A program made the translations under genes and the position numbers. Shown piece after piece: positions 28,645-37,334 of a stretch of 64,000 nt of DNA. Where the stretch lies: NCBI GenBank assembly GCA_965242865.1, contig CBDETK010000013.1:1376001-1440000 (forward strand), given 5' to 3'. Positions within the stretch are counted from its first letter, which is position 1, and the number at the start of each line of letters is the position of its first letter. The notes below the pieces were generated by a model. That model worked only from the letters and a program-made list of their open reading frames with translations. It made no database searches and was not told the origin of the DNA. Source of the stretch: Candidatus Latescibacterota bacterium. GTDB lineage: Bacteria > Latescibacterota > UBA2968 > UBA8231.

Positions 28645-28683
28645 TTTCTCACCTCCTTTCTCGCAGAGATTCACCGCATCACA

Positions 28684-28742
28684 CAAGTATTCCCTAGCGG
28701 TGTACTACTTAAACACCTTCAGCGGCGCGGAGCGTTACTTTT
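28684..28742 (-). promoter_or_regulatory. Putative ECF-dependent promoter/5' UTR, copy 2 (upstream of peptide-pVip)
   Basis: AAAAGTAAC-N17-GTGTTTAAG; 49/59 ungapped identity with 32666..32724. Confidence 0.75.
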
Positions 28743-28783
28743 GCAGTGGATTTTTGTTGCGACGAAAGGATGAGTAGGCCCGT

Positions 28784-30823
28784 CTAGCGGCTGTAGCGCA
28801 GGCCAAAGAAAAAGCCCGGCCACGCGAAAAGCCCATCCTTCCATTCCTTCTCGTAGCGGCTACCCGACTCGATCAGCCGAAGATGGCTATCGGTCCACAA
28901 CTGGTTCAAGGAGACGCCGCCAAACAGCGACAGATGGCGGTGCAAAAAGACCCCGGTTCCGAGTTTGATTCGGGCCAGATAGTTGTCCTTACTCAAGCGG
29001 TCCAAGCCCAAATCCACCTTGAGCGGCCAAAGGCCAACGCCTGCTTTGTAATCGTCATCGAGAGCGCGGCTGATCCGGTAGATATGTGCATCGAGGCCGA
29101 GGAAGAACCGCTGGCCGCGCTTCTGCACCCCGACCCCTAAGCCCAACGCCCAGCGTCGCTGGCCGCCCGCGTCGGCAAAGCCCGTGGTAAAAGAGGTGTA
29201 AAACGAGCGGCTGCCCGAGGCGAGCGTGAATAGGGTAAAGCCGACTTCGTCGCGCCAAGTGCTGAAGTTGAAAAGCCCGCTGCGCGAGTAGTTGATCAGC
29301 CCGATGGGCAAGCCGCCCTCGATATGGCCAGAAAGGTTGATCACGCCCACCTGCAAGCCCTTGACCTCGCTCGCCGCGTTCAATACCCCGACCTGCCAAC
29401 CGCGGATTTTGCCGGCGATGTTGAGCAACCCTACTTGGCCACCCTGCAAAGGCCCCAACCCCGAGCCGCGCACTTGAGAGGCGATGTTGAGCAACCCTAC
29501 TTGGCCGCCTTGTAACGGCCCCAGCCCCCAGTTGACGCCTGTGAGGGTCGCCTGCCAGCCATCGATCTCCTTGAGTGCCAAGTTGCCCACCCAACTGACT
29601 TGAGTGCCCGTCCGCGCCCGCGCTTGGTTGACCAGTAAGGCGAACTGGACGCCGCGGAACGCCTCGTCTTGGGTATTGGTCAGCAGCCCCAGCGACAGCG
29701 TATAGCGCTCGCCGGCGGCAACCTCGATTTGGCGGCCCAAGGTGATCCTCGGCCGCGAGCCGCCGCGTAGCCTAGCGTCCTCTGGGGACAGGGCGCGAAA
29801 GTCGCCGCCCCGCACCTCGGCGAACCCGCCCTTAGTCAGGTCCAACTCGGCCACTTGCCAGCCTGCATCCCCCATTGCCAAAAACAGGGTATAGGCCCCC
29901 GGCACCAATCCCAACTCGACCGACCGCCCGGGGGACTTGTTCAGTTCGGCGACTAGGCGTTGCTGGGCATTGCGAACGAAGAGCCGACCGGCGAGGCCCT
30001 CGTCTAGCAACAGGCCCGCGGCGTTGCGGCGCACCGCAGTCAACACCACGTCGCCGGTGCCGCGCATCTGGCCCTCATAGGCTGGATGCTGAGTGCCCCC
30101 GGCGGTGCCAATAGTCCGCGCCCGCGTCTCGTCAAAGACGAACTGGTAAGCCTCGTGGAGGGTCACCCAGTCATCGCCGTTAACGTTGGCCGCGCCGCGC
30201 AGCCCGGAAATTAGATAGTGAGTAAAAAAGGACGCCTCGATCCGGTCCGATTCCTGCGCGGCCTCGTCGGCCGAGCTCGACGTGAGGAAGGCGTACCCCT
30301 GCATGTCGAAGGACTCGTCGACCAAAAAGGGCGGCTGGCGCTTGCCCCCTTTGGTGCGGGTTATGGCCCCGGAGTTACAGGCGTCGAGGATGGCGATGCG
30401 GAAGGCGGCCTCGGTCGTCTCTAGCGAGTCGAGCAACTGCTGATAGCCGAGGCGGTCGCCCTTCGCCAAAAGCAGGCCCTCTTCGTCGGCGTGGCCCGAG
30501 TAGTAAAGCAGCACCTCTAAGCGGCCCGCCCGCCGCCGGGCCGCCTGCACCCGCCGGCCTAGATCGGCCAGCCCCTGCTCAAAAGCAGCCAAATCCGGGT
30601 CGCGCAACAGCAACACATCGGCCGGGTCCAAGCCCCCCATCTCCTGCAAGACCGCGACGAAGTGTTCCGCGTCCGAGACCGCGTAGCGCAACAGTTCGCG
30701 GTCCACCCCGCCGTTGTTGGCCCCGGCAGCCAGCACCAACCGGCGCACCTCGGCCGCGGCCGGCTGCAAAGACAGGCTCGCCGCAACCACGAGCGCGATT
30801 AGCCCACTCAGCCGCGATACCAT
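28784..30823 (-). CDS. Secreted caspase-family (peptidase C14) protein with Gly-Gln repeat region and C-terminal beta-rich domain
   Basis: Signal peptide; LRYAVSDA, YYSGHAD, LDACNSG (His-Cys dyad), SFFTHYLISGLRG; GxQxGLxN repeats; ends WPGFFFGLRY. Confidence 0.88.
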   Translation of the reverse strand: MVSRLSGLIALVVAASLSLQPAAAEVRRLVLAAGANNGGVDRELLRYAVSDAEHFVAVLQEMGGLDPADVLLLRDPDLAAFEQGLADLGRRVQAARRRAGRLEVLLYYSGHADEEGLLLAKGDRLGYQQLLDSLETTEAAFRIAILDACNSGAITRTKGGKRQPPFLVDESFDMQGYAFLTSSSADEAAQESDRIEASFFTHYLISGLRGAANVNGDDWVTLHEAYQFVFDETRARTIGTAGGTQHPAYEGQMRGTGDVVLTAVRRNAAGLLLDEGLAGRLFVRNAQQRLVAELNKSPGRSVELGLVPGAYTLFLAMGDAGWQVAELDLTKGGFAEVRGGDFRALSPEDARLRGGSRPRITLGRQIEVAAGERYTLSLGLLTNTQDEAFRGVQFALLVNQARARTGTQVSWVGNLALKEIDGWQATLTGVNWGLGPLQGGQVGLLNIASQVRGSGLGPLQGGQVGLLNIAGKIRGWQVGVLNAASEVKGLQVGVINLSGHIEGGLPIGLINYSRSGLFNFSTWRDEVGFTLFTLASGSRSFYTSFTTGFADAGGQRRWALGLGVGVQKRGQRFFLGLDAHIYRISRALDDDYKAGVGLWPLKVDLGLDRLSKDNYLARIKLGTGVFLHRHLSLFGGVSLNQLWTDSHLRLIESGSRYEKEWKDGLFAWPGFFFGLRYSR

Positions 30824-30834
30824 GGATTTTAACT

Positions 30835-31407
30835 CTACCAGATTTCGCTGAGATCCAATACAAATCCCGGCAAGAGGGGATCGGCCGATAGGGCCTTGAG
30901 GTTTTGCCGCACTTCAACCGGGGTTTGCGGGCAGTAGATCGCTATGGTTTTTTGCTCTGGGACCATGAGCCAGCCGAGTTGAGTGCCGTTTTCAATGTAT
31001 GCTTCCATTTTCTGTTGCAACGCGGGCAGGTAATCCGAGGGCGACTTGAGCTCGATGACAAACTCTGGACAAAGCGGCAAAAAGCGCTCCTTTTGCGCCT
31101 CGGTCAGGGCATCGTATCGCGGCCGCGCAACCCACGCGCCATCCGGCGAGCGAACCGAGCGGTCCGGTAGCACAAAGCCGCTCGAGGAATCAAAGGCCAC
31201 GCCAGTGCCATCGCGTTTGGCCCACAAGCCCAACTGCATGGTGATTTCTGCATTCCGGGCACCCGTTGCTCCGCCCGTTGGTAGCATAACGAGTACTTCT
31301 CCTTTTGCATTGCGCTCAATGCGCACATCGCGATTGAACTGACAAAAGTCAAAGAATTGCTCTTCGGTCAGGTCGATAACGGGCTGAAAGTTTAGTACGG
31401 CTTCCAT
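30835..31407 (-). CDS. Uma2 family PD-(D/E)XK endonuclease
   Basis: ERNAKGE, FDSSSGF.LP...RSPD.AW, CPEFVIELKSPSD, KM..Y..NG..LGWL, LPGFVLDLSEIW. Start MEAVL at 31407. Confidence 0.92.
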   Translation of the reverse strand: MEAVLNFQPVIDLTEEQFFDFCQFNRDVRIERNAKGEVLVMLPTGGATGARNAEITMQLGLWAKRDGTGVAFDSSSGFVLPDRSVRSPDGAWVARPRYDALTEAQKERFLPLCPEFVIELKSPSDYLPALQQKMEAYIENGTQLGWLMVPEQKTIAIYCPQTPVEVRQNLKALSADPLLPGFVLDLSEIW

Positions 31408-31430
31408 AGAGATACCTCGCGGGTCGAGTG

Positions 31431-32198
31431 CTAAGGGGCCGCTGGTTTGCGTAGGGTGAAGGTAAAGAGGTGGACGTCGTCGGCCAGCGCCTTGTCGCCG
31501 GCGGCCAGCTTGGCCCGGATCGGAGCTAGGGCAAAGCGGCGGTCGGCCGCCACCAAGTAAAACCGCTCCCACAGCGGCGCGTCGTCGAGTTCGTAGGCCG
31601 CGTCGAGGGTATCTTGCGCTGCCAACGGCACGGCCTGGGTTCCGGCCGTTGGCAAGTGCCAAGTGACAGCCCCGCGCCCATCAATGGACAGGATCGCCCC
31701 GTACTGCAAGCCGCCGGAGCGGTAGGCGAGCTGCACCCAGTCCCCGCTTTGGGCCAAGGTCCAGTCCTGCAAGCGCTCGGCCCCGCTGGCCTGCTTGCGG
31801 AAAACCTGCAAGCGCGGCGTCCGCTCACCGCCCTTGACCCGCAGGGCGGGGGCTTGCGGGGTTTCTCGGTCAAAGAGAGTGGGCACCGCCACCACCGCCA
31901 GGATCAGGGCCACGGCCGGAACGGCCCAAAGGCGATACCCACTCCACGCTCGTCGGGCGCGCCGGCCCGACGCCCGCTTGAGTTTTAGCTCGATCTGGCC
32001 GCGCATCCATTCGGGGGGATAGCGCCTAAGCACGTCCTCGTTGGACCGCGCTAGGGCGGCTAGACGCTCTGCGAGCGCGGGGTCGGACGCCAACTGGCGG
32101 TCCAAAGCCGCCAACTCAGCCTCCGTACCCTCGCGCAACAAGTAGCGTTCTAGCTGGTAGTCGCTGATGGGGCGCTCTTCTTGCTCTTGCTCGTTCAT
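31431..32198 (-). CDS. Putative membrane anti-sigma factor (ActD-like, DUF4384-like periplasmic domain)
   Basis: Coupled to the ECF gene (4-nt overlap). N-terminal LERYLL.E, one TM helix, RVKG, then QLAY...ILSIDGRG...YELDDAP..ERF. Confidence 0.75.
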   Translation of the reverse strand: MNEQEQEERPISDYQLERYLLREGTEAELAALDRQLASDPALAERLAALARSNEDVLRRYPPEWMRGQIELKLKRASGRRARRAWSGYRLWAVPAVALILAVVAVPTLFDRETPQAPALRVKGGERTPRLQVFRKQASGAERLQDWTLAQSGDWVQLAYRSGGLQYGAILSIDGRGAVTWHLPTAGTQAVPLAAQDTLDAAYELDDAPLWERFYLVAADRRFALAPIRAKLAAGDKALADDVHLFTFTLRKPAAP

Positions 32199-32668
32199 GC
32201 TTTCTCCATCTCTTGCAGCGACGCTCTCAGGCCGAGCAATCGCTTGCGCACCCCGGACACGGACAGCCCCACTTCCCGCGCTACCTCGGCCAAAGTCATG
32301 CCGTCAACGTAGTACAAGACGGCCATCGTGCGCGTTGACTCGCGCTGCTGGCCAAAGAGCTTGGCGAGCACGGCACGCGCCTCTATTCGGCCCTCGGCGT
32401 CCTCCCAGCAGGCGATCTGCTCCAGCAGCGTTGAGTCGGCCGTGGTCTTGCGCCGCTGGGTGTCGCGGATGCGATTGAGGCAGAGGTTGGTGGCCATGCG
32501 GTAGAGCAGGCTGGAGGGGGCGTCGGCCCGCAGGCGGTCGCGCCGCGTCAACAGCCGCACAAAGACATCCTGCGTGGCGTCGAGCGCTTGGTCTTCGTCG
32601 CGCAATAGCTGCCGACAGCGACGCAGGACCATCGGTCCGTAGCGACGGTACAGTGTATCTACATCCAT
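32195..32668 (-). CDS. ECF RNA polymerase sigma-70 factor
   Basis: LYRRYGPMVLRRC, ALDATQDVF, LYRMATNLCLN, DGMTLAEVAREVGLSVSGVRKRL. Start ATG 32668. Confidence 0.93.
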   Translation of the reverse strand: MDVDTLYRRYGPMVLRRCRQLLRDEDQALDATQDVFVRLLTRRDRLRADAPSSLLYRMATNLCLNRIRDTQRRKTTADSTLLEQIACWEDAEGRIEARAVLAKLFGQQRESTRTMAVLYYVDGMTLAEVAREVGLSVSGVRKRLLGLRASLQEMEKA

Positions 32669-32724
32669 GTAGTTCCTGGCGGTGTACTCCTTAAACACCT
32701 ACGGCGGCGCAGGGTGTTACTTTT
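32666..32724 (-). promoter_or_regulatory. Putative autoregulatory ECF promoter/5' UTR, copy 1
   Basis: AAAAGTAAC-N17-GTGTTTAAG, about 25 nt before the sigma ATG; an AAC-containing -35 is typical of ECF promoters. Confidence 0.75.
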
Positions 32725-32781
32725 CCTCGCTCTGGGCCGGGTCGTCGATCGGCATAACAGGCTCCTGAAACTGGGCCAACC

Positions 32782-34512
32782 CTAGGCGGTAAAGAGCGCC
32801 AAGACGGTCCAGCACAAAGCCGCCAAGCACGCCGCAAGCGTCGCCTGCGGGATTTGCGTCTTGACGTGGTCCATCAGGTCGCAGCCTGTACACATGGAAC
32901 TCAGCACGGTGGTATCCGAAATCGGCGAGCACTGGTCGCCGTACACGCTGCCGTCCATGACCGCGGCAAAACACAGCGTCATAAACAGCTCGGGATGCGC
33001 CAAGCCGTTGGAGCCGGCCACCGCCCAAGCAAGCGGCATGGCCAATGGGAACGCCACCGCATACGTGCCCCAGCTCGTGCCGGTAGAAAAGGCGATGACC
33101 ATGGTGAGGAGCTGGAGCAGGACCGGCAGGAGGAAATACGGAATGGCCTCGCCGAGCAGTTCGACCAAAAAGATGCTGCCGCCCGCCTCCTTGCTGATGC
33201 CGCCGATGGTGATGGCTAGCAGCAAAATAACCGAGCCGAGCACCACTCCCTTAATGCCGTCGTGAAAGCCGGCGATGAGGTCTTTCAGCGCCATGCCCTT
33301 GGCCAAGGCCATGCCCGCGGCCAACAAAAGCGCGATGCCAAAGGCCCACTGCACATTGGGCGAGCCGCTCGTGATAAAGGTGCCGACCGCAATGGCGATG
33401 AGCGTGCCGAGCGGCAAGAAGAATTCGAGGACGTGCGGCGAGTACCCGGCCGGCACGTTGCTCCCTTGCAGCTCCTTGGCGCTCAAAGGGTCGGCAGAAG
33501 GCGAGTCGAGCTGGCCGGTCGTGCGGGCGCGCTGCATGGCCGCCTTGAGTTGCGACCCCAAAAAGAGGGGCCTTTCAATGCTGAGGAGGAACGTGCCCAA
33601 GACGGCAAAAATGGCGTAAAAACAAAAGGGCACGCTTTGGAAAAAGAAGGCAATGCGATCCGCTTCCGTGGCCAAAAAGCCCACGCCGGAGACGAAGATA
33701 AACGCCTGCACATAGCCGGGCCAAGCGTTGAACGCGAGCTGAGAGGCAATCGGCGAGGCCGTTGAATCGACCACGTAAGCCAACTCCTCGTGGCTGATTT
33801 TTTCGTTGTCGGCAATGGGTTTGACCGTGGTGCCGACCAAGACCGTGCTGACCGTCCCGCCTTGGAAAAAGACTACCCCGAGCATCCAAGCGACCAACTT
33901 GGCACTGCGGGGGCCGCGCACAAAGCGCTCGGTCATAAATTCGGCAAAGGCTTGAGCCGCGCCCGTGCGCGACCATATCCCCATCAGCCCGCCCAACAGC
34001 CACAAGTAGAGCAGCAGAATCCCGGCCGCGTTTTTGGTCGCCAAGGAGGGAATGAGCACCTCGCCGGTGAAGTCGTAGCGGCCCAACAGGAGCGCGCCGG
34101 AGATGATGCCGCCCAACAGGGAGGTGACCGGTTCTTTGGTCAGCCAACACAACAGCACGGCCACCAAGGCCGGCAGCAGCGACCAATAGCTCCAGTGGCG
34201 CTTGGCTACCAGTTTGTAGTAGCGGTCCGTCAGGGCCTTTTTGTCAAACTCTTTGACGAACTCTTCGCGGACCGACGGTGCAGTACCCGACCGATGTATT
34301 TTGGCCGGGTCGAGCTGGGCTTGCTCTAGGGGCACGGCCTCAAAATAGACGGGTTTTTCGCGGTAGATGTAGTACAGCTTGCCGTCGCTGTCCGCTTTCA
34401 CGTCTAACTCGGCCCTTTCGACCGTCCAAGTCGGCGTCACGTTGGCCCCGACGATCCAAGACGCGAGCATGGCGACGACAAAAATGGCAAAGTTGCGAAT
34501 GCCTCTGGGCAT
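32782..34512 (-). CDS. Na+/H+ antiporter NhaC family protein
   Basis: ISHEELAYVVDSTASP, FSTGTSWGT, GDQCSPISDTTVLSS...DHVKTQ. Confidence 0.88.
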   Translation of the reverse strand: MPRGIRNFAIFVVAMLASWIVGANVTPTWTVERAELDVKADSDGKLYYIYREKPVYFEAVPLEQAQLDPAKIHRSGTAPSVREEFVKEFDKKALTDRYYKLVAKRHWSYWSLLPALVAVLLCWLTKEPVTSLLGGIISGALLLGRYDFTGEVLIPSLATKNAAGILLLYLWLLGGLMGIWSRTGAAQAFAEFMTERFVRGPRSAKLVAWMLGVVFFQGGTVSTVLVGTTVKPIADNEKISHEELAYVVDSTASPIASQLAFNAWPGYVQAFIFVSGVGFLATEADRIAFFFQSVPFCFYAIFAVLGTFLLSIERPLFLGSQLKAAMQRARTTGQLDSPSADPLSAKELQGSNVPAGYSPHVLEFFLPLGTLIAIAVGTFITSGSPNVQWAFGIALLLAAGMALAKGMALKDLIAGFHDGIKGVVLGSVILLLAITIGGISKEAGGSIFLVELLGEAIPYFLLPVLLQLLTMVIAFSTGTSWGTYAVAFPLAMPLAWAVAGSNGLAHPELFMTLCFAAVMDGSVYGDQCSPISDTTVLSSMCTGCDLMDHVKTQIPQATLAACLAALCWTVLALFTA

Positions 34513-34553
34513 GGGAGTCCTTTCGATTGAATGGAGTGAGGTGGGTTATCGGC

Positions 34554-36137
34554 TCATATTCCCGACGGTTCGCTCGGCCCTAGATCCGGGTCTTGGCCGC
34601 GGTGGAAATTGCGCCCCATCAGGTATTTTATATCCAGTTCCACATCGCGCACAAAAATCTCCGGCAGCGCTTGGGCGTCTCGCCGCACCAATTCGACGGC
34701 GAGCGCGTTGTTCCCCTTTTTCGGCCAGTGTTTGGCGTCCAGCCTAAACGCGTACCAATACCCCGAGCCCGTGCGATAGCGCGGGGCCGACATGCGGTAC
34801 AATTCGTTGATCTTGCGCAACAGGTGGGCGGGCAGCTCCCGGCCGTTGAGGTAGAATGTTAGCCGGTCGCGCTCGGTGTGGCCCATCACCCGCACCCGCA
34901 GCAACACCTCGTGGATTCGGCCCACCTTGGCCCAGTGCCGCAGATCGTCGCTGACCGACAGGGTGATGGACGCTCGGTGGCCCTTTTGCAACGGGGCCGG
35001 TAGCTGCATCGTCGTCCCCGGCTCGGTGGTGGGCTGGGGGAAGCGGCCGGTCGCGGTCGGCACGTAGTAGATTTTGTCGCGGGCGGCCATGACCTCTGGA
35101 TAGGGCAATTCCCGCAGCTTCTCGTAAAAGGAGGCCTGGTACGGCCAATTCCCGAACCAGTGCGCCAAGTACAGGCCATCGACGCCTTGCGCCCAAAAGT
35201 TGCAAGCGGCCCCGCGCACCATCTCGATGGTCGCCTCTCCTAGGCGGTCTGAATCCACGTGACTTTGCAAGGCCGCCAACACCCGGCAGTCCGTGCCTTT
35301 GGCCGCGGCCACCAAGGGCCGGAAATCAATGGTCGAATCGAGCAGCTCGGGGCCGGAAAACGCTTGGCCGATGAGCGCGTCGACCCGCCCTGCACGCAAC
35401 CACGCTGCCACGTCCATGCCCACGCCATAGCACCCCTCCATGCTGTGGGGAATGCGGATGGCCAATTCGCGGTGCTTCCCGCTTTGCTTGACCACGCGAT
35501 ACACCTCGCCCACCCACTCGGTCATAATCGCGCGGCCGGCCGCGACTTCGTCGGGGTGGAAGTAGTAGGGCTGGTAGTTCATCTGCAGCTCAAAGCCATC
35601 GACCGGATATTTTTCCAAGGTCTCGGCAATCAGGGCCAAGCGTTCGTCGCGGACTTCTTGGTGCTTAAAATCGAGACAGGTGCGGCCGGGAAAGTCGTCG
35701 GGGACGCCGGGTTGCGCCCCGATTTCGAGGTGGGCGTTGTCAAAGCGGAAGTTTGAGCAGCGCACATCCTCTGCCCGCGGCCCCCGGCCCTGCTGCACCA
35801 ACAGCGTCGGATAAATCAGCTTGCCGTACTGGTGGGCGCGGTCGCAAATCAGGCGCAGGGGATCGTGCCCCTTGCGGATTAGGTCGCGGGCATTTTGGTG
35901 GGCGCGGCGAAAAATCAAATGGGGCCACCGCTTCACATTGTGGCCCCACAGTTCTCCCACCTCGGTGTCGTGCAGCACGGTGCGACCGTCGCCGAGGCAA
36001 AACATGAGGGCCTCGACCGGCGTCCCCAGCAGCTCATCTACGCCCTGCTCGTATTCCTCTTTTTGGATCGGCGGCTCGTACATGTAAATCAGCGGGTGCC
36101 GGCCGTCGTGGTAAAACATGATCTTGGGCTTGGGCAT
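34554..36137 (-). CDS. Glycoside hydrolase-like (GHL10-type TIM barrel) protein
   Basis: GHDPLRLICDRAH, LDFKHQEVRD, YPVDGFEL, GVDGLYL. Confidence 0.6.
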   Translation of the reverse strand: MPKPKIMFYHDGRHPLIYMYEPPIQKEEYEQGVDELLGTPVEALMFCLGDGRTVLHDTEVGELWGHNVKRWPHLIFRRAHQNARDLIRKGHDPLRLICDRAHQYGKLIYPTLLVQQGRGPRAEDVRCSNFRFDNAHLEIGAQPGVPDDFPGRTCLDFKHQEVRDERLALIAETLEKYPVDGFELQMNYQPYYFHPDEVAAGRAIMTEWVGEVYRVVKQSGKHRELAIRIPHSMEGCYGVGMDVAAWLRAGRVDALIGQAFSGPELLDSTIDFRPLVAAAKGTDCRVLAALQSHVDSDRLGEATIEMVRGAACNFWAQGVDGLYLAHWFGNWPYQASFYEKLRELPYPEVMAARDKIYYVPTATGRFPQPTTEPGTTMQLPAPLQKGHRASITLSVSDDLRHWAKVGRIHEVLLRVRVMGHTERDRLTFYLNGRELPAHLLRKINELYRMSAPRYRTGSGYWYAFRLDAKHWPKKGNNALAVELVRRDAQALPEIFVRDVELDIKYLMGRNFHRGQDPDLGPSEPSGI

Positions 36138-36149
36138 GGTCTCGCTCCG

Positions 36150-37253
36150 TTAGGTCCAGTGGCGCGAATCGGGCACGACCACCCAAGCCGATCCTTGGGC
36201 GATCGACTGTTGGCTGACGAGGCCGGGCAAAGTCATGTCCAGCGCGAAGTCGATGTCAATGGCCGGGGCCTTTTCGCCGCGAATGGCCGCGACAAAGTCC
36301 TGTACCTCCCAATAGTCGCCGCCGCCGTGTCCGGCCGCCAGGGCTTCGGCCGGCGGCTGTCGCCAGTAATCGGGCAAAAATTCCGCGAGGGCTGCCAAAG
36401 GCTCCCAGCGCGGCTGGGCGCTGCGCCGGCGCAGCCAGATTTTGGCCGCGCTCGCCGAGCCGTCGCCCGACTCGTACGCGCCATCGGTCCCTTGCAATGC
36501 GTAATGCGTCATCTGGTGCGGCCGATCCGAGAGCATATCGACCCGGATGTGAACCAGTCCGCCGCCCGAGAGCCGGCACATCATGGTCACTGAATCCTCC
36601 ATTTCGTACCAAGCGCCGCGCGGGTCGCGGTAGTGGTGCCCGGTGCCCACGGCGCAGACCGCCACCACCCGCTGCCCGGCAAACCACGTCAGCACCGGCC
36701 CTAAGCTGTGCGTGGCATAGGTACAGCCATTGACGCCCGTCTGCCAGCGCCGCCGCCAAGGCGTGGTCTCGTTGAGCTGCTTGAGTTCGTGGATATAAGC
36801 CCCTTCGGCGTAGTACAGCTCGCCGAAAAAGCCGCGCTCGACCAGCGCCCTCACCAGCGCGTTGGGCTGGGTGTACACGTAGTTCTCGGCCATCATATAG
36901 ACGGCTCGGCTGCGCCGCGCAGTGCGCGTCAAATCGCGGCATTCCTCCACGGACACCCCGGCCGTCACCTCGCTGAGCACGTGGATGTCGCGCTCTAAGG
37001 CCGCGATGGCCTGCGGCGCGTGCCACGGCATGGGCGTCCCCACGACGACCGCGTCCACCCCGCCAGCGTCCAGCATGTCGTCGGCATCTGTAAAAATTTG
37101 TTCGACGCCCAACTCAGCCGCGTAGCGCGCCACCGCTTCCGCCCGGAGGTCGCACAGCGCGGTAATCTCCGCGGCGGGATGGGCCAGCAGGGCCGGGACA
37201 AAGCCGCGGCCGCGGCCAGCGGCCCCTAGGATGCCAAAGCGTATTTTGTCCAT
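36150..37253 (-). CDS. Gfo/Idh/MocA family oxidoreductase
   Basis: RFGILGAAGRG, DAVVVGTP..H, HVLSEV, YMMAENY, GHGGGD. Start MDKIRF at 37253. Confidence 0.9.
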   Translation of the reverse strand: MDKIRFGILGAAGRGRGFVPALLAHPAAEITALCDLRAEAVARYAAELGVEQIFTDADDMLDAGGVDAVVVGTPMPWHAPQAIAALERDIHVLSEVTAGVSVEECRDLTRTARRSRAVYMMAENYVYTQPNALVRALVERGFFGELYYAEGAYIHELKQLNETTPWRRRWQTGVNGCTYATHSLGPVLTWFAGQRVVAVCAVGTGHHYRDPRGAWYEMEDSVTMMCRLSGGGLVHIRVDMLSDRPHQMTHYALQGTDGAYESGDGSASAAKIWLRRRSAQPRWEPLAALAEFLPDYWRQPPAEALAAGHGGGDYWEVQDFVAAIRGEKAPAIDIDFALDMTLPGLVSQQSIAQGSAWVVVPDSRHWT

Positions 37254-37334
37254 TTCCTTGCCGTTTGACAACCGGCCTGAGCGGCCGTACTGTTGGGGCC
37301 GTTTATCCAACCCATTTCCCACAGGAGGAACATC

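Noticed and set aside
28684-32724. 59-nt repeats as attL/attR of an integrated element
   Set aside because: No integrase or tRNA; mismatch pattern and position fit a promoter better. Disfavoured rather than excluded.
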